The position numbers were made by a program, and so were the translations under genes. From the NCBI RefSeq assembly GCF_032191835.1, contig NC_083225.1, forward strand, positions 54,684,001 to 54,748,000: a stretch of 64,000 nt of DNA. The letters are read 5' to 3'. Numbering within the stretch: the first letter of the stretch is position 1; every line of letters begins with the position of its first letter. This DNA comes from Heteronotia binoei (lineage: Eukaryota). The notes under the pieces are model-generated. The model saw only the letters and a list, made by a program, of their open reading frames with translations, searched no databases and was not told the DNA's origin. Positions 1 to 14,946 of this stretch are shown piece after piece.

Positions 1-2041
1 TTATGTGAATGTGCCTTTAAGCACATGCTGGCATTTCATACTATGTGAAAAATGGGGGGAGGGGGGTAAGGCATGATTTTAAAACATTATTTTCAGCCCT
101 TGTGCTCTTTGGGGAAAGGTTACCATCATGACCACAGTATAGCCTAAAGATTTTAAACCATGAAGCTTTAAAGAAAACTTTAGACACTTTTATAGAACAT
201 GATGGAGCCCTGTGTGTGTGAAGCAGGCCATTGGCACTAATCTGGTCGGGAGGGTCTATTTGGCTTCCAAAGGCTGTTGTAGCTGTTGGGTCAGTGCACA
301 GAGTGTCATTCATTTTGGATATGAGTCTAGCTGTTATACAGCAGTTACAGTGTTAGACTAAGACCAGACAGACCTAGATTCAAATCCCTGCTCAGCCACA
401 AAGTGTACCGCGTGACTTTAGGCCAGTTACTCAATCTCAGCCTACCCTAATTCATGGAGTTGTCATGAAGGAAAAATAAAGAAAAAAGAATCATGCTAAA
501 AGAGAAAAGTGTAACAGGTGAATTGATCTGAAGCTCTTGACTGGCTGTAACAGGGCTAGGGCTCAACACTTGCTTACAAACACACATACTACCCCACAGC
601 CATCCCATTATCACAGTTTCATAATTAATTAAATAGAATTTTCTGTTTTAATTCTTAAATTACATAAATGGAGCATGTTCTGTTAATGGACTTATGGCCT
701 TGACAGGGCTTCTTCCTTCAAGTATGGTTCTCGCCTGTCTATAAATGCTCAACCCACAAAGTACATCTCACCAAACATATGGAGGCTTAACTCAGACACA
801 GAAAAGGGGAATGCATGGGATATAATGGGGGATATGACAGGCGATGGAAAAGAAAAATTAGGAATAATTCATATGCTACACCTACCACACAGAAGCCATT
901 TGGAATAATTTTTCATGTAACAAACTGCTGCCATATTGTGTCTTGTTCGTGTGTACCACCTTAACACACAGATCAGGTAGTTTTCACCTCACTACCACAA
1001 GTTTCCCCCAAAAGAACTGATCTTAAAAAAACAAAACTGTAAAGCACAATTGCCCTTGTCAACTCCACCTTGAATGAAGGAGCTCTCTATTATTTTCACA
1101 TACAAACTGGCAGTGTTTAAAAAATCAACTAGAGGATGCCTTTCATGACATCTAATCAGCCTATATTGAGAAAGAATTCCACCAGATTCACTAACTGAAC
1201 TGGCCACTTCAGATTTTTATATAAGTGAGCTTGTCAATCACAAACTGCCATAAAATGGCATATCATGTTCCTTGAACTATAACAGACTAACATAAACTTA
1301 TGTCTTATTTACCTGACTCCTCTCACGTGCACAGACTTTCCCCCTGTTCTTTTATGCCAGGACCCCTGCCTCCCATACCCACCTGCTCTTCCAATGCCCT
1401 CCACTGCTGCAGGGGATGTATATGCATTACCCACTGCATACCAATACAGTAATGTATTAATCGTTTCTGGGCTGTCAGTTGACCTCTTGTGTGCCCGCTG
1501 TAGAACATCATGTAGCTGTCAGAGATGTTGCATCAAGCTATGGAAATAATACTGGGAAATGATGTCATTTGAGATCTCTATGAATGAAAAAAAACTTAGA
1601 TGACCTTGTAATGACAGTGCCATTTCCATAGTACAGAATGTTGATATGATGTATCCAGCTTTATCTGGCAATAAATAGTCTTCTGAACAGAAACCCTTGT
1701 GATGTGGATTCCTGTTATGATCCCTGTTTTTTAAAAATCCCCAGGGTACGCTCAGGAACTCTTTTGAGGGGTGCCTCTTCATGTATACTCTGTTCCTTTT
1801 CCTAATAACATATTTTGAATTACACATAGTTCTGTGTGCTGGTCTGACCACAACACATGACAAAACAATGGCTATTCTCTGAGAAAAAAAATTCTATCAC
1901 TGTATGCTGATAACTGAGCAGGCATACATTTAAAAAAGAAAAACACCTTGTTTGTCATGTAAAGTGCCTATGATCCTTAAAGAGAACAGCAGCCCTATAA
2001 AACCTCTGTAAGCTAGTACTTTATAAAATCTTGTTTTCTAG

Positions 2042-3076
2042 CCTGAACAGCCATCATCAAACAAGTGGCAGTTGGATAAATGGCTAAATAAGGTTAATCC
2101 TCACAAAGCACCTCTTTTGAATCAAAATGATAACCACGGACTGGAGAACTTTCAGTATTACAACAAAGTAAAAGATGACGGGCAGGACTGTGAAAATGTA
2201 CCTGCTGTTTGTCAAACAGATCTCCGAGATAAAGAAGTCAAGAATCCCAACAAAGAGGAGTTGAGGCCTCGAACAGCTAATAAGGCTCCAGGGCATAAGG
2301 GAGGAAAACAAAAATCACCGCCTGCTGCTGCTGCTACAATTTCATCTGATGGTGGTCCTCAGAAGAGGACAGGTTGTAAAAAACAACCAAAAAGGACAGA
2401 AAGGACCTCTGGTGGTGATAATTTAAACAGCCATACATCTGATGATCTTGATTTGAGTCAAGTATTTCTGGACAGCACCATTTGTGAAGAACCTAAAAGC
2501 AGGCCCTGCAACAGCAGAGTTGAGCACAGAAAGGAAGCGCGGTGTGTTGCTGCTTGTGAAAAGAAACGGACCAGGGGGTTGGGAAAAACAGCACCCAAAT
2601 CTAAGGAATTTATTGAGTCAGACTCTTCAGCTTCCTCAGATTCAGATTCTCAGTCTGAACAAGAGGAATATCTTTTACACAAACCTCAAGCTGTGGTCTC
2701 AGCTTCAGTTGGATGTGACCAGAAATCAAAGGATTCTGGGAGTAATATCGCCAACAAAGTAAATGGCAGCTGTGGCAATGTTGGTTCCATTAATACCAGG
2801 ACACATAACGATATAGCGAAGGAGCTGGAAGAGCAGTTTTACACATTGGTCCCTTTTGGTAGGAATGAGCTCCTGTCTCCTCTGAAGGACACAGAGGACA
2901 TAAAAGCACTTTGGGTCAAAATTGATTTGACTCTTTTGTCCAGAATTCCACAACACATACCTGAGGAGCCACTGGTAATAAACACTGGAGTTAAAGAAGC
3001 CATCAGCATGCAGCGGAACACCGTGACTGACGTGCCGGCAGGAAAAGTGATTCCAAAATCAAAAAGGAAACGCAAG
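2042..3076 (+). CDS. AFF3: AFF3 large internal coding exon (first of 11 in window)
   Basis: ctag acceptor and GTAGGG donor; 1035 nt, phase 0/0. Translates [22 protein letters not shown]...[24 protein letters not shown]...[14 protein letters not shown]...PKSKRKRK, matching human AFF3 as recalled. Confidence 0.97.
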
Positions 3077-3262
3077 GTAGGGTTTTTGGGATTTTTATTA
3101 TTTAAACAGATAAAATGGAAATGTTAAATAGCATCTAATTGTATACACAATCTGCCAAGTTTCCTTTGCTTTAGATATTATATTTGATGTATTTTAGGAA
3201 ATAGATTTTGAAAGCATAAAAAAGGGATTCTGTGATATTATGAGTTTCTGGGTAGTACACCA

Positions 3263-4666
3263 TTGACACATCTTCTAACAAAAATCTGTAATCTTTCATT
3301 GAAATCTGCCTCTGTTCCTGAGGACTGGAAGGTAGCAAATGTCACCCCCATCTTTAAAAAGGGTTCCAGAGGAGATCCGGGAAATTACAGGCCAGTCAGT
3401 CTGACTTCAATACCGGGAAAGTTGGTAGAAACCATTATCAAGGACAGAATGAGTAGGCACATTGATGAACACAGGTTATTGAGGAAGATTCAGCATGGGT
3501 TCTGTAGGGGAAGATCTTGCCTCACTAACCTGTTACATTTCTTTGAGGGGGTGAACAAACATGTGGACAAAGGAGACCCGATAGATGTTGTTTACCTTGA
3601 CTTCCAGAAAGCTTTTGATAAAGTTCCTCATCAAAGGCTCCTTAGAAAGCTTGAAAGTCATGGAGTAAAAGGACAGGTCCTCTTGTGGATCAAAAACTGG
3701 CTGAGTAATAGGAAGCAGAGAGTGAGTATAAATGGCCAGTCTTCGCAGTGGAGGACGGTAAGCAGTGGGGTGCCTCAAGGCTCGGTACTGGGTCCCATGC
3801 TCTTTAACTTGTTCATAAATTATTTAGAGTTGGGAGTGAGCAGTGAAGTGGCCAAATTTGTGGATGACACTAAATTGTTCAGGGTGGTGAGAACCAGAGA
3901 GGATTGTGAGGAACTCCAAAGGGATCTGTTGAGGCTGGGTGAGTGGGCGTCAACGTGGCAGATGCGGTTCAATGTGGCCAAGTGCAAAGTAATGCACATT
4001 GGGGCCAAGAATCCCAGCTACAAATATGGGGTGTGAACTGGCAGAGACTGACCATGAGAGAGATCTTGGGGTCGTGGTAGATAATTCACTGAAAATGTCA
4101 GGACAGTGTGCGTTTGCAATAAAAAAGGCCAACGCCATGCTGGGAATTATTAGGAAGGGAATTGAAAACAAATCAGCCAGTATCATAATGCCCCTGTATA
4201 AATCGATGGTGCGGTCTCATTTGGAGTACTGTGTGCAGTTCTGGTCGCAGCACCTCATAAAGGATATTATAGCATTGGAGAAAGTTCAGAAAAGGGCAAC
4301 TAGAATTATTAAAGGGCTGGAACACCTTCCCTATGAAGAAAGGTTGAAACGCTTAGGGCTCTTTAGCTTGGAGAAACATCGACTGAGGGGTGACATGATA
4401 GAGGTTTACAAGATAATGCATGGGATGGAGAAAATAGAGAAAGAAGTACTGTTCTCCCTTTCTCACAATACAAGAACTCGTGGGCATTCGATGAAATTGC
4501 TGAGCAGACAGGTTAAAACGGATAAAAGGAAGTACTTCTTCACCCAAAGGGTGATTAACATGTGGAATTCACTGCCACAGGAGGTGGTGGCGGCCACAAG
4601 CATAGCCACCTTCAAGAGGGGTTTAGATAAAAATATGGAACACAGGTCCATCAGTGGCTATTAGCC

Positions 4667-4716
<50 letters not shown>

Positions 4717-4794
4717 TGGCCGCTGTGTGACACAGAATGTTGGACCGGATGGGCCATTGGCCTGATCTAACATGGCTTCTCTTATGTTCTTATG
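3263..4794 (+). mobile_element. 5'-truncated CR1 LINE (RT region + 3' UTR)
   Basis: ORF2 motifs PIFKKG..DPGNYRPVSLTS, YLDFQKAFDKV, GVPQGSVLGP, FVDDT; frameshift near 4010; TRGH motif; 3' end TTATGTTCTTATG; internal (GT)n(AT)n. Confidence 0.95.
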
Positions 4795-6865
4795 TACATC
4801 TGTTTTAAAAAGCCCTATATTTCTCTGTTCCATGGGGCTTCCAGTGGTCAGATGCCCTCCACCTTAGCTTCAGCAATCTCATGACCTCTGATAAAATCAG
4901 GCAATCCTATGGGCCCATGCTATTAATTTGTAGCTTGGCTGTAAAGACAGAATACTTGTTTCACCAAACTTTTCATAAGGGCCACTTCATATCTTTCCAA
5001 GTTAATTCTGTGCAGAAATTTTCAGCAAATGTGTAGATTATGCTGCAAAGTAACAGCAGGTAAGTTTCTTATGGCAGAACTTTTATCACACAACATGGTT
5101 TGCAGGCAGATTCTCTATGCAGTCCATAATTTCTTTAACATTAATGCTTCTTTATAGACCTTTGGTAACCTGTGTAACCAAATAAACATCTTCTGTCAAG
5201 AAAAGGCCTATTCCCATCCAGAAGGCACTACTATTATTTGTGAAGTTTAAATATGAAAATTTAGAAATGGAAGATCCTACCTCCCATGATGGCATACCTC
5301 ATTGGCAGAATCCTGATGGCATTTCAACTACTTTTTTTGGGGGGGGGGGGGCAGTAATGTGAAAAGATGCACCACTATATCATTGCATCAGTGAGCAAGG
5401 GTGCCCTGGGCTTATATAGCCCCAGCAAACTTGGCTTTCTTGGTTGGAGCCCAAGAACCACGCACAGAAGGAAAATAACTGCTTCTCTTCCATATCAGGG
5501 AACAAGCTCTGACTGATGTTCAACTGACTGGGGCCCCTAGGGAGGGTCTTCTAACTACCCACTCCTTCCCACAGGAGTTGAGAGAAGTCCTTTCTTTGAA
5601 AGCCTTCCAAAATGGCTTAAAAACCATCATTTCTGGATGGGCTTTGAGTTACATTGGTGGCACTGTGGGAGTTTTATGGCGGCTTTGCTGAAATATTTCC
5701 TCATATATTGTAGGCTAGAGGCTATGCAACCTACCTGCACAAACTAAATAGCCTTTTGGATTTAGTGTTACTTTTTTCATCCAGTGCTCAAGCTCTTAAG
5801 CACTCAAGCACAGAAGGGCACATTGGACTTAGTAAGTGGGAGTGGAAAGTACCATCAAGTTGCAGACAACTTATGGTGACCCAGTTGGGTTTTCAAGGCA
5901 AAAGACACTCAGAGCTGGTTGCTCTTGCCTTCTTGACTTTCTCTGTGGCAACCTCATAGCCAGAAAAAAATGGGGGGGGCACCAGTGGGGCATGACATCG
6001 CTTCTGAAGTGTTCACTCACTTACTCCAGCAGAGAATAAAAAGGCTCACTCACTCCAGCAGACTCTGTTCTTGAGGCATTGACAGCAACAGCAGGCTATG
6101 CATGGTGGTTCTCCTCTTTCAGCAACCCTTTCCAGCCAGGAGCTGGGGTGTGCAGTACATTGAAGCAGCACCACCACCAAGGTAGCTCCCACCCCATGTG
6201 GCCAGAAGAGCAAAGGCATGTCTCTTCTCCACCATGCACCCATTGGTCTAACTGGCAGAGTGACTAAAGTGGCAGGCAATAGAAGGGAAGGGAGCTAGCA
6301 GCCTTGTTGAAGGGGCCTGTAGCTGGACAGTTGGTGTGCCCTGGTGGTGCCCCACAGAATAACTCAGTTGGGCAGTGGGTCACCATGGGTCACATGACAC
6401 CAGCAGCCAGATCACATGGCAGGGAGGCACAGGCACAGTGGGGCCATCACTACTCAGGCTAGACAGCCCATAGGGCTTGCTGCTCACTGCTGGGCCTCCA
6501 TCCACCTCTGGGGCATGGGCACATGAGTAGAGGAGTCACCCTGCTGTGTTCCACTGTGGCCTCAGGGGTGGTGGTCTCCCATTACTAACCAGGGCCAAAC
6601 CTGCTTAGTTCCATGATCTGATGAGATTGAGCTAGCCTGCACCATCCACATCAGGGCAATCCAGTTACTTGACAAGAAACCTAATTAAACCAGTACAGCT
6701 GTAAATGTCAAACAAATCAAAACTGTTTGAGACTCTTACTAAGCATGTATAGGGGCTATTGTGCATTTTTTAATAAATGAAAGCTCCGAATTAAGTACCA
6801 GATGTTTGTTTGTTTTAGAGTTATATTTGGATCACTGAGGCACTTGGTATCACCTGAATGATAAC

Positions 6866-6869
<4 letters not shown>

Positions 6870-6915
<46 letters not shown>
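6870..6915. repeat. (TA)n microsatellite ~85 nt upstream of an AFF3 acceptor
   Basis: About 23 TA units. Confidence 0.95.
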
Positions 6916-6921
<6 letters not shown>

Positions 6922-7000
6922 AAAATGAATATACAGTACAAGCACTGTGTTATTCAATGATGTAGCATTCATTGTATGATGGTTTTTTTATTTCCATTAG

Positions 7001-7125
7001 TATGAAAATGAGGATGAGACTAGGGAAAGTAAGAAGATTCACACAGAAGAAGAATGTTCCTCCTATTTATTTTCCTCAGCCCAGGTCATTTCAACAGCAA
7101 ACCACTGCAATATGATCAAAAACAG
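7001..7125 (+). CDS. AFF3: AFF3 coding exon 2 of window
   Basis: ccattag / GTATAT; 125 nt. YENEDETRESKK...STANHCNMIKN(S) aligns to AFF3 CDNEDDYREIKK...SANHCNMNINS. Confidence 0.92.
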
Positions 7126-9699
7126 GTATATATTTTCAGTATTGGATAAAATTCTGCCTTAAGAGCATATAACAGAAATTTGATATCTAAGGGAATGGAT
7201 CTCTTTTATTTAGTACAATTTGGATTATACATTTTCACCACTGATTATAATTACCTTATTTTAGGTACTTTTAAAATGATTTATTATATGAAACAGCTGA
7301 AAAATCTTAACATTATGAATAACTATAGCATCAATAATTATGTTAAAACTGTTTGTTTTCATTTTTACCCTCTTCCATTGCCAAATCTCAGTCTGGTAAA
7401 TAATTTTAGAACTCAATAACTTAAAATTTAATTGCCAAAACTTAATCTGGGTAATAATTTAGAAAAGGCATATTCTGAAGTAGGAAACATAACCCCTCCC
7501 CTCCATGCTATCAGCATCAACCCAAGCACCTTACATTGATCACCGAATCCTTCAAATTCCATATATGGTAGTGTTGTGCAAGTAATAATTTGAAAGCAAC
7601 AATGTAGGTATTGTGCCTAACAGCAAACTGGTTGTGTGACATGGCTCCAGCATTGCTGTGCTGATTGCAGCTGTCTCTTATAAATCCCAAAATAAGGATT
7701 GCATTGATAGAAATCACTACAGTCTTAGTGGAAACCATACAAACAAGTTACAACTTTTCAGTTGTGGAACCATGATTATGTCATTCCCTCCATACAAATT
7801 TGATGATGCCAAATTTGTTATATTTTATACATCAGGTGAAAATATTGTTGTTCTCCCAGGCTTTAAGATTGTTTATTTTGGGATGTTTTATCAGCTGGAT
7901 TTCATGCTGTGCTTTATATTTACTTCCCAGCCATGACCCATTCTTGTAATATAAATCCTTTTCCCTGTTGATATATCGCTGGGAGAGGTTTTTAATTGCT
8001 TTTACTTTTGTCTGCTAGATAGTTGGTTGTTTATCTTTATTGCTATTGTTTTATGCCGGCAGTTTCCCTTTTTAGATGTTATATTGTTTTGCTGGTAAAC
8101 TTATTGAAGCATATTTTAATGGAAACGTGATCTAATGTTTTAAATAAAAAAAAAGTCAGCTTGAAGCAGTGATCATGCTGCTGATTGAGCTTATGAATTG
8201 GCCTTCAACCTGAACATCAAATAGTCACTGTTGGAAACATACTCTGCAGGATGGCTTCCCCCTGCATCTTTCATAATATACAGAGCTGAACATTACGTTA
8301 TTCTAGGTGCCTGATGTACAGAGGACCCAGTCTGGCACATCTATTTTTGGGAAATAGCTGATGCTGTCATTGATACTCTTTGTGCCAACTTCCAAAAGAA
8401 CATGATGACCAGTGCTGTATGTAACAGCTGCAGTGGGGTTAAGTCATCACACAGAGGTTTCTTCCAGCAGTCTCTGTTTTATTCATAAAATCTGCTCTGA
8501 CTCGTAGCAAGCAATCCTAAAATGGTGTTCATGGAAGAAAGTCTTATTTCATTCAATGGGGATTACTTCCAGGAAGCAGTTCTTAATTTGATCAGATTGT
8601 TTCTAAAAGGGGTTCGGGGGCTCAGATCAAACTGTATTTATTTTATATGTAGAAGTTTCTGTGTGAGCCCTTCCACATTGAAGACTGTTATGTGTGTTCC
8701 ATATTAAAGGCTCCTTTTTACCTGTAGCAAAGATACAATTTCAGTGAAAGATTTGGGGTATGGCTTCTATGGGTATGTCAGATGGCCAAAGCAACCATAT
8801 ATCTTGTCTCCCACACAGTTCAGCTTTTCATCTGGAGTCTCATAATGTGGGTCAGTCTTCTGTAGTATTACTAAATGGCTCCATGTACCCATTCTGGGAC
8901 TCTATATTTTAAGCTTTATGAGATTATTATCTTTATATTCATAAATCTCCCAACAACCCACTCTGGGCTCTTTCACAAAATACCACTTTATGTAGACTGC
9001 AAAAATATATATTAAATTGATAGAACAACTGTGAAGTCTCTTCGTTGTTCTGTCACTTTAATATACATTTTTGTAGTCTATATATGGTGGTTATTTTGTG
9101 ATTGTAACTGTTCTACACTGTGTACCTTTGTTATATATCACCCGGACAGGGCCAGCGCATGGGAGTAGGCAAGGTAGGTGGCTGCTTAGGTGCTACCCCA
9201 CCTGGGGGAGCCACTAGGCACCCCCTTACTCCCGCCGCTTGCCCACCATGCTCTTTGGAAGCCCCCGAAGAGCACAGTGTTTTTGCGCTGCAACCACTTT
9301 CACCTTGAAAGCAGGCAGGCGGTGCAGAGGAAAAGCGGTGGCACGGCAGCACTCTTATGTGCCGTCCGTCACTCTCTTCCCCCACACTGCCTTACACGAT
9401 GTCATCATGTCGCATGTGTGCTATGTGCACCCACAAAAAAAATCCCAAAAGGGAGCTTGGGTGGAACACGGAGGTCTGACAGAATCGGCACAACCCCTAG
9501 CGCCAGGCCGACACCCAGAAGCGGGCAGCCCAAAGGTGTGCTGTCAGATTACACATTCCCTCCTCTCTTCTCCCTCACATGCTGCAGTTCTCTCTCTCTC
9601 TCTCTCTGTTTCTTGTTATTATTTTAATCTGTTAAAAACATTTTAATTATTTTGTGTACTAATTCCCTGCCCACTCTCTATATATAGGACTGCTAATTC

Positions 9700-9805
9700 C
9701 ATCTATACTATTATCTGACAAAGTGTACTTGGCACACGAAAGCTCACACTTTGAATAAAACTTTGTTAGTCTTAAAGGTGCCACTGTACTCCAGCTTTGT
9801 TCTGT
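9700..9805 (+). mobile_element. Probable Penelope-like terminal fragment
   Basis: CACGAAAGCTCA...TTTGTTAGTCTTAAAGGTGCCAC resembles sauropsid Penelope ends. Confidence 0.5.
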
Positions 9806-10363
9806 TTCTCAGCAAATTGTTTTGTCATTGGGGAAATGACTGCTGGTGAAAATAGGCATGTGTCTTATCATTCCCTTTAACTGGCCATCTCTCCCAGCCT
9901 GGTTGATTTTGAACAAAAATTCACTCACTTGGTAAGCCACACAATAAACTCCTTGTAAAATTCAGAGCACCATGTACATGGTAGTTTGGGGGAGTACTTA
10001 AGAATGAAGCAGATACTCTGCCAGACTGAAGTGCATTAATGTTTATTTGTGCTGTAACAACCTTTAATGATACCAGGTTTTGCAACTAATGGTGAAATTC
10101 TATACACGCAGGGATGTCAAAGTAATTTGTTATGAGGGCTGGATCTGACATAAGTGAGACCTTGTTGGGCCATGTCAGGCCAGGCCATGTGTATACCTAT
10201 TTAAGATTGGGTAGTAGAGATATAAACTTTATAAAGGACACAGACAAACAGAATTAAATATTTAAAAAAAAAAAAAACCCTTTAAACATGCTTAAAACAT
10301 TAACAGTTGTTGGTATTAAAGGTGCTTTCTTTGTATCTCTCCCATTGGATTCAGGGAAATGGG

Positions 10364-10505
10364 NNNNNNNNNNNNNNNNNNNNNNNNNNNNNNNNNNNNN
10401 NNNNNNNNNNNNNNNNNNNNNNNNNNNNNNNNNNNNNNNNNNNNNNNNNNNNNNNNNNNNNNNNNNNNNNNNNNNNNNNNNNNNNNNNNNNNNNNNNNNN
10501 NNNNN
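10364..10505. other. Assembly gap (142 N)
   Basis: N run. Confidence 1.
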
Positions 10506-11779
10506 AGGAAGAGAGGCTTGGTGCAGTGGCTCTGCTGTGCAATTGAGAGAGCCTGGAAAAACAAGCTCTGCCTTCTCCCTTTCCTCCCTAAAGGAGGAGC
10601 CTCAGCCAATGGAGAAAATAAAGGTTTTGCTCTGTAGCTCCTGTACAATTGAGCAAGCCTTGCAAAGCAAGCTGTGATGCAGAAGGAAGCAAAAGAGAGG
10701 GAGAAGGAAGCAGATAACAGTCAGTTGCTGGGGGGCATGATAGGAGCCCTCCAGTGGCCTGATTCAGCCCCTGCTGACACACCTGCTACAGAATTACTCT
10801 AAACTAAGCCTATTGAAATCAGTGGCTTAGGTGCCAAGCCTTGCTTCCATGTGCACCCCTCTTCATCAGTCGCATAAGTGGTTCTCTGTTGCAGAGCCCT
10901 TTTCTCTGGCATTAGGTGCTTTTCAGCTCATTGAAAGATGCTGGTCTTGCATGAGGCAGAGGCATGCAGTCCACAGTGGAGGACTAGCCTGTAACACAGC
11001 ACAACAGAAGCAGGGCTTGGGATCTGATCCAGGAGCTTAGACAAGAGTAGCTGTGCACAAGTTTACACTGTAAATGAGGCTGAACTGGATCAGAGATCTA
11101 AGTCTGACATACCTCTTGTCCCTCTACAGGGGCTTTGTTAGATAAGAATTGTAACTGCTGAACTTCACAATAGGAGTGATAACTAATAATGAACCTAGGT
11201 ACTTTAGAACATCAGAGCGTACTTATTTATTTTCTTTTGTATGCTCCTTTTGCTCTTTGTCATCTGCACTAGTGTATATCTCTTTCTCCTCTGGATTTGC
11301 ATCCAATTAACTTAACAGCTCTCTGAAAGCCTGGTCACCAAGTTCAGAGACTCTAGCCGCTTGCAGGCTTATTTCAGTTTTAGTTCACGTGTGGCTTTAT
11401 TGCTATGGTGTATAAAACGTCACCTATAAAAGTAAAGTAGAGCTCCATAATCTAAATTTACTATTAAGAGCTTCAGCTGTATTTTCCAACTGGCTTTTAA
11501 AGAGATAGTGAGCAACTCCCAATATTAACCATGGTATTATGGTATGCCCGGGAGGAAAAGTGAAAAAATATGATCAAGAAAATTTACCTTAGTTTTCATG
11601 CTTTAACGTTGTTTCTGGATGGGGAAAAAAATTGCCAACATGGTTCATCCTGCCTACCAGGAAGTTGAAAGTGGTAGTAATAGTAACAACAACAACAATA
11701 ATATAAAATTCAGAATATAGTATTTATTTTCTCAGAGCTGGCATTTGTGACCTTCCATCATTGCAATTTCCATCTGCAG

Positions 11780-11981
11780 CTTGGCAGTAACAGTAAATAA
11801 AAATGAGAAAATTCTTCATTCACCTGTTTCGCCCCTCTCTGATGCATCAAAACACAAATTCTCCAGCGATGATTTAACTTCTTCTAACAGCCTGAACGGT
11901 GGCCATCTATTATCTTCCTTTTCCTCAAGCAAAAAACACAAGAGTGAGATCCAGCCTCACCTACACCCCGGAGATTTCAGT
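11780..11981 (+). CDS. AFF3: AFF3 coding exon 3 of window
   Basis: ctgcag / GTAAGT; LAVTVNKNEKILHSPVSPLSDASKHKFSSDDLTSS...HPGDFS. Confidence 0.95.
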
Positions 11982-12819
11982 GTAAGTTTGAACTCAGCAT
12001 TTGTAAAGTAAAACTGGTTGTGGTGTTGTGCTCATGTGGAACTCCCTTGAAACTGACAAATTGTACATCAATGTTTGTAGCCTTATTCTATGCGCCAGAA
12101 GGATTGTGCACATGTGTCCAAACATTTTTCTTGTCTTTCCATATCAGTAGCTTTCTGTTGTACCAGGCCATTATTTAAATATGGGGAACTTTAAAAATAC
12201 AGATTAGCCATTCAGGGAAAACAATCAATCTGCCATGTTCTTGTATCAGATCTCATTACAGTTGCAATGCTTAACTAATTAATGTTGCATTATTTTATTA
12301 AAACATGTCCTTGATTAATCAGATGGCAAATATATTGAAATAATTAAACAAGTACTTTTTGTAGAAAAAAGCAGAAGAATGTCACCATCTCAGAAAATAA
12401 TTTTCCCCATCTCTCACACATAAGAAGGAAAGCCTCTTCTGTGAAGATGGCTACTCTGGCATATATCTGGACTATTTTAAAACAAGAAGTATGCTATTTT
12501 CTTCAGACCTATCATTTGTATTCATGTTTAGGTTTAAACAGCTAAAACGCATATGATTGATCAAGCAGAAGAATTGGTTGACAGCATTTAATCTCAGACC
12601 TGTAGCTCTTTGGATTGTAATTATGTTTAGATATTCGTTTTTCTCAGCTACTTTTGCTTAACTTCTAAATAGACAACAGTAGCAATCTTTATCAGGTTAC
12701 AATTTGATTTATGAGATTATTCCCTTGAATGAAAATAATAACACAAATGAAAAATTTAGACAGAAAATTGGTTGTTTCTGCCTACTCGTTTCTAACAGTC
12801 TCCTTTATTGATTATCTAG

Positions 12820-12947
12820 AAGGCGATGCACATCAGTTCAGAACATGGTATGCTGTACAACAAGGCACAGTACCGAAAAGAACTCTGGTCTCCTACACCC
12901 AGTACACACAAAGACTGCAGAAGAACAAAGCTCAGCTGTAACAATGG
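12820..12947 (+). CDS. AFF3: AFF3 coding exon 4 of window
   Basis: tctag / GTGAGT; 128 nt, phase 0/2. KAMHISSEHGMLYNKAQYRKELWSPTPSTHKDCRRTKLSCNN aligns to KAAHNNSEN...WSPGSNGHRDCKRQKL. Confidence 0.88.
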
Positions 12948-14946
12948 GTGAGTACAGATTAGTAGATAAGTAACACAAACATATTAAGTTTATTTTTAAA
13001 ATGTGTTACCCAGAGGGTTACTTGTGGATTTGCACAAACTAGACACCTGTAAGGAAAGCAGAAATAGGGAAAAACTTGGAAATCCTCCCTAAAAATTTTC
13101 CCATTCCAGGATTCTCTGTTGCCAGAAGCTAGTGCTCTACCCCCAACCACATACTGGTTCTGAACAGCTCTAAACTTTTTATGCTCTTGAAGCATTTTCA
13201 GTCACCATCAAGCTGGTTTTTGTGGGGTATGGAGTCTTTTGATTATCATATGTGGGGAATGGTGCAAGAATAGCTATACAGCCTGACGAGGCTGTGGGTG
13301 GTCTTGCGGAGCTTGTGATTGTAATGGGGGCCAACCACTTAATATTCAGAGTGACTGGTTTTTTCTTGGCACATTATTAGATGTTGAAACCTTAGCTGTA
13401 TGGCCAGCACAAAAGCAACCGTTTGCTAATACATTAAATATACTGCTGTTACTGTGATGAACTTGTCAGTCTTCCCTGAAATCAATAGGGCTTGCTTCCA
13501 AGCAGACATGGTTCAGATAAGACTGTAAATCTCTTTATGGGGTCTTTTTCATGTTACATTTCTGTGTACAATAACAGCAAAAGAAAAAAGAATGAGTATT
13601 CAAGGAAGCCTGGGTACCACAACCAAAAGCACCCTAAACAATAAACAAAAAGGACCCTGAACAATAATTATGGAAATTATGGAAATCCCAAATCTATTCA
13701 AACCCCATCTTCTATTTTACAAAATCCTATCATAAACAGTACATCAGTAAATATAACAAAACCATGATGATCAGTAACAATTACACATCAATGTGAAATG
13801 TATATCAGTATGGTATTATGAGCTCCCTAAGCTCAAGACTCATTTCAAATCCTTAATTCTTCTCACGTAAGGTAGTTGTCAAATGATTATCTTGTTAATT
13901 CATAGATGAATGTCAGTTGTTTACATGACAGTCATGATACCAATAAAAGAAAGTAGCTACTTCTTAATTAACTAAAATAGAAAGTTTAATATTATTAATG
14001 TGACTGTTAAACAGATTAGGCTGTAAATCTCTTCGTTGTACACCATTATTCAATGACTGGATCTTCACTTGGATTTACAGAGGCCCCATAAAAGCTGGGT
14101 GAAATAAGCTATGTTTTTGCTTTTAGAAACACTATAAACAACTGTGAAGTGTGTAACTGTGTACTGCAATTCAGTGAGAAAGTAAGAGTGCTCATAGAAA
14201 TATGAAATGTAGAAAATTGTTCTGCTACAGAAGAAACATGATGGCAGCTGACTGTTCACAATACTTTATTTTAAATAATAATTTGTAACAGGTCTAGACA
14301 GCTTGTGACCACCCAAGCTAAATGCAGTTCAATGTCTTGTTCTCAAACATTAGGTAGGTCACCTCTCTGAAGGTTTATGAAGGCCACACCACATTTGATT
14401 TGATGGGTCCCAAGATATACAGATACGATCTTCACAGAGCTGCACCTTTCTAAACCCACTGATTTCTGTGGTTTGGAAGGGTGTAACTCTGCTTAGCTTT
14501 CCACTGTTAGAAGGTAAAGTTGACAGGAAGGAGTACATTGTGTCATAAGATCCTGATATTCAGGGTGACATGACTCTGACTTACCAGCAAAATTCCCAGT
14601 GGACTGCCCCCTAGGGGAGGGGCATTGCTGGCAGCCAGGCGCAAGCTGAGCCAGTGATACTAGCTGCACTACAGGAGCTACTCAGCCAGGCAACTGATAG
14701 CCACCAAAGGTTTCCAGGCAAAGGCTCTTTCTGCCCCCCATACTCCCCAGACCCAATCCCAAAATCGTGTGCAAGTAAATCATGTGATCTGCACTACAGA
14801 TGACTGGGGGCCCTGGAGTTTTGTTCCTAGTCCTCCCTCTTAGGAGCCACATGCTCGATTAGTTCCTGGACAGTTTTAACATTTCAGTCTGACCAGCCTG
14901 ACATCTTTCCAGAAAATGAGTTATTTCAGTTCACACATTCATGTAC

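Noticed and set aside
6573-6657. 5S rRNA genes (also 19636 and 47361)
   Set aside because: Diverged partial 5S heads attached to SINE bodies, not rRNA genes.
10288-10677. ORFs spanning N runs (also 35730-36140)
   Set aside because: Artefacts of assembly gaps.
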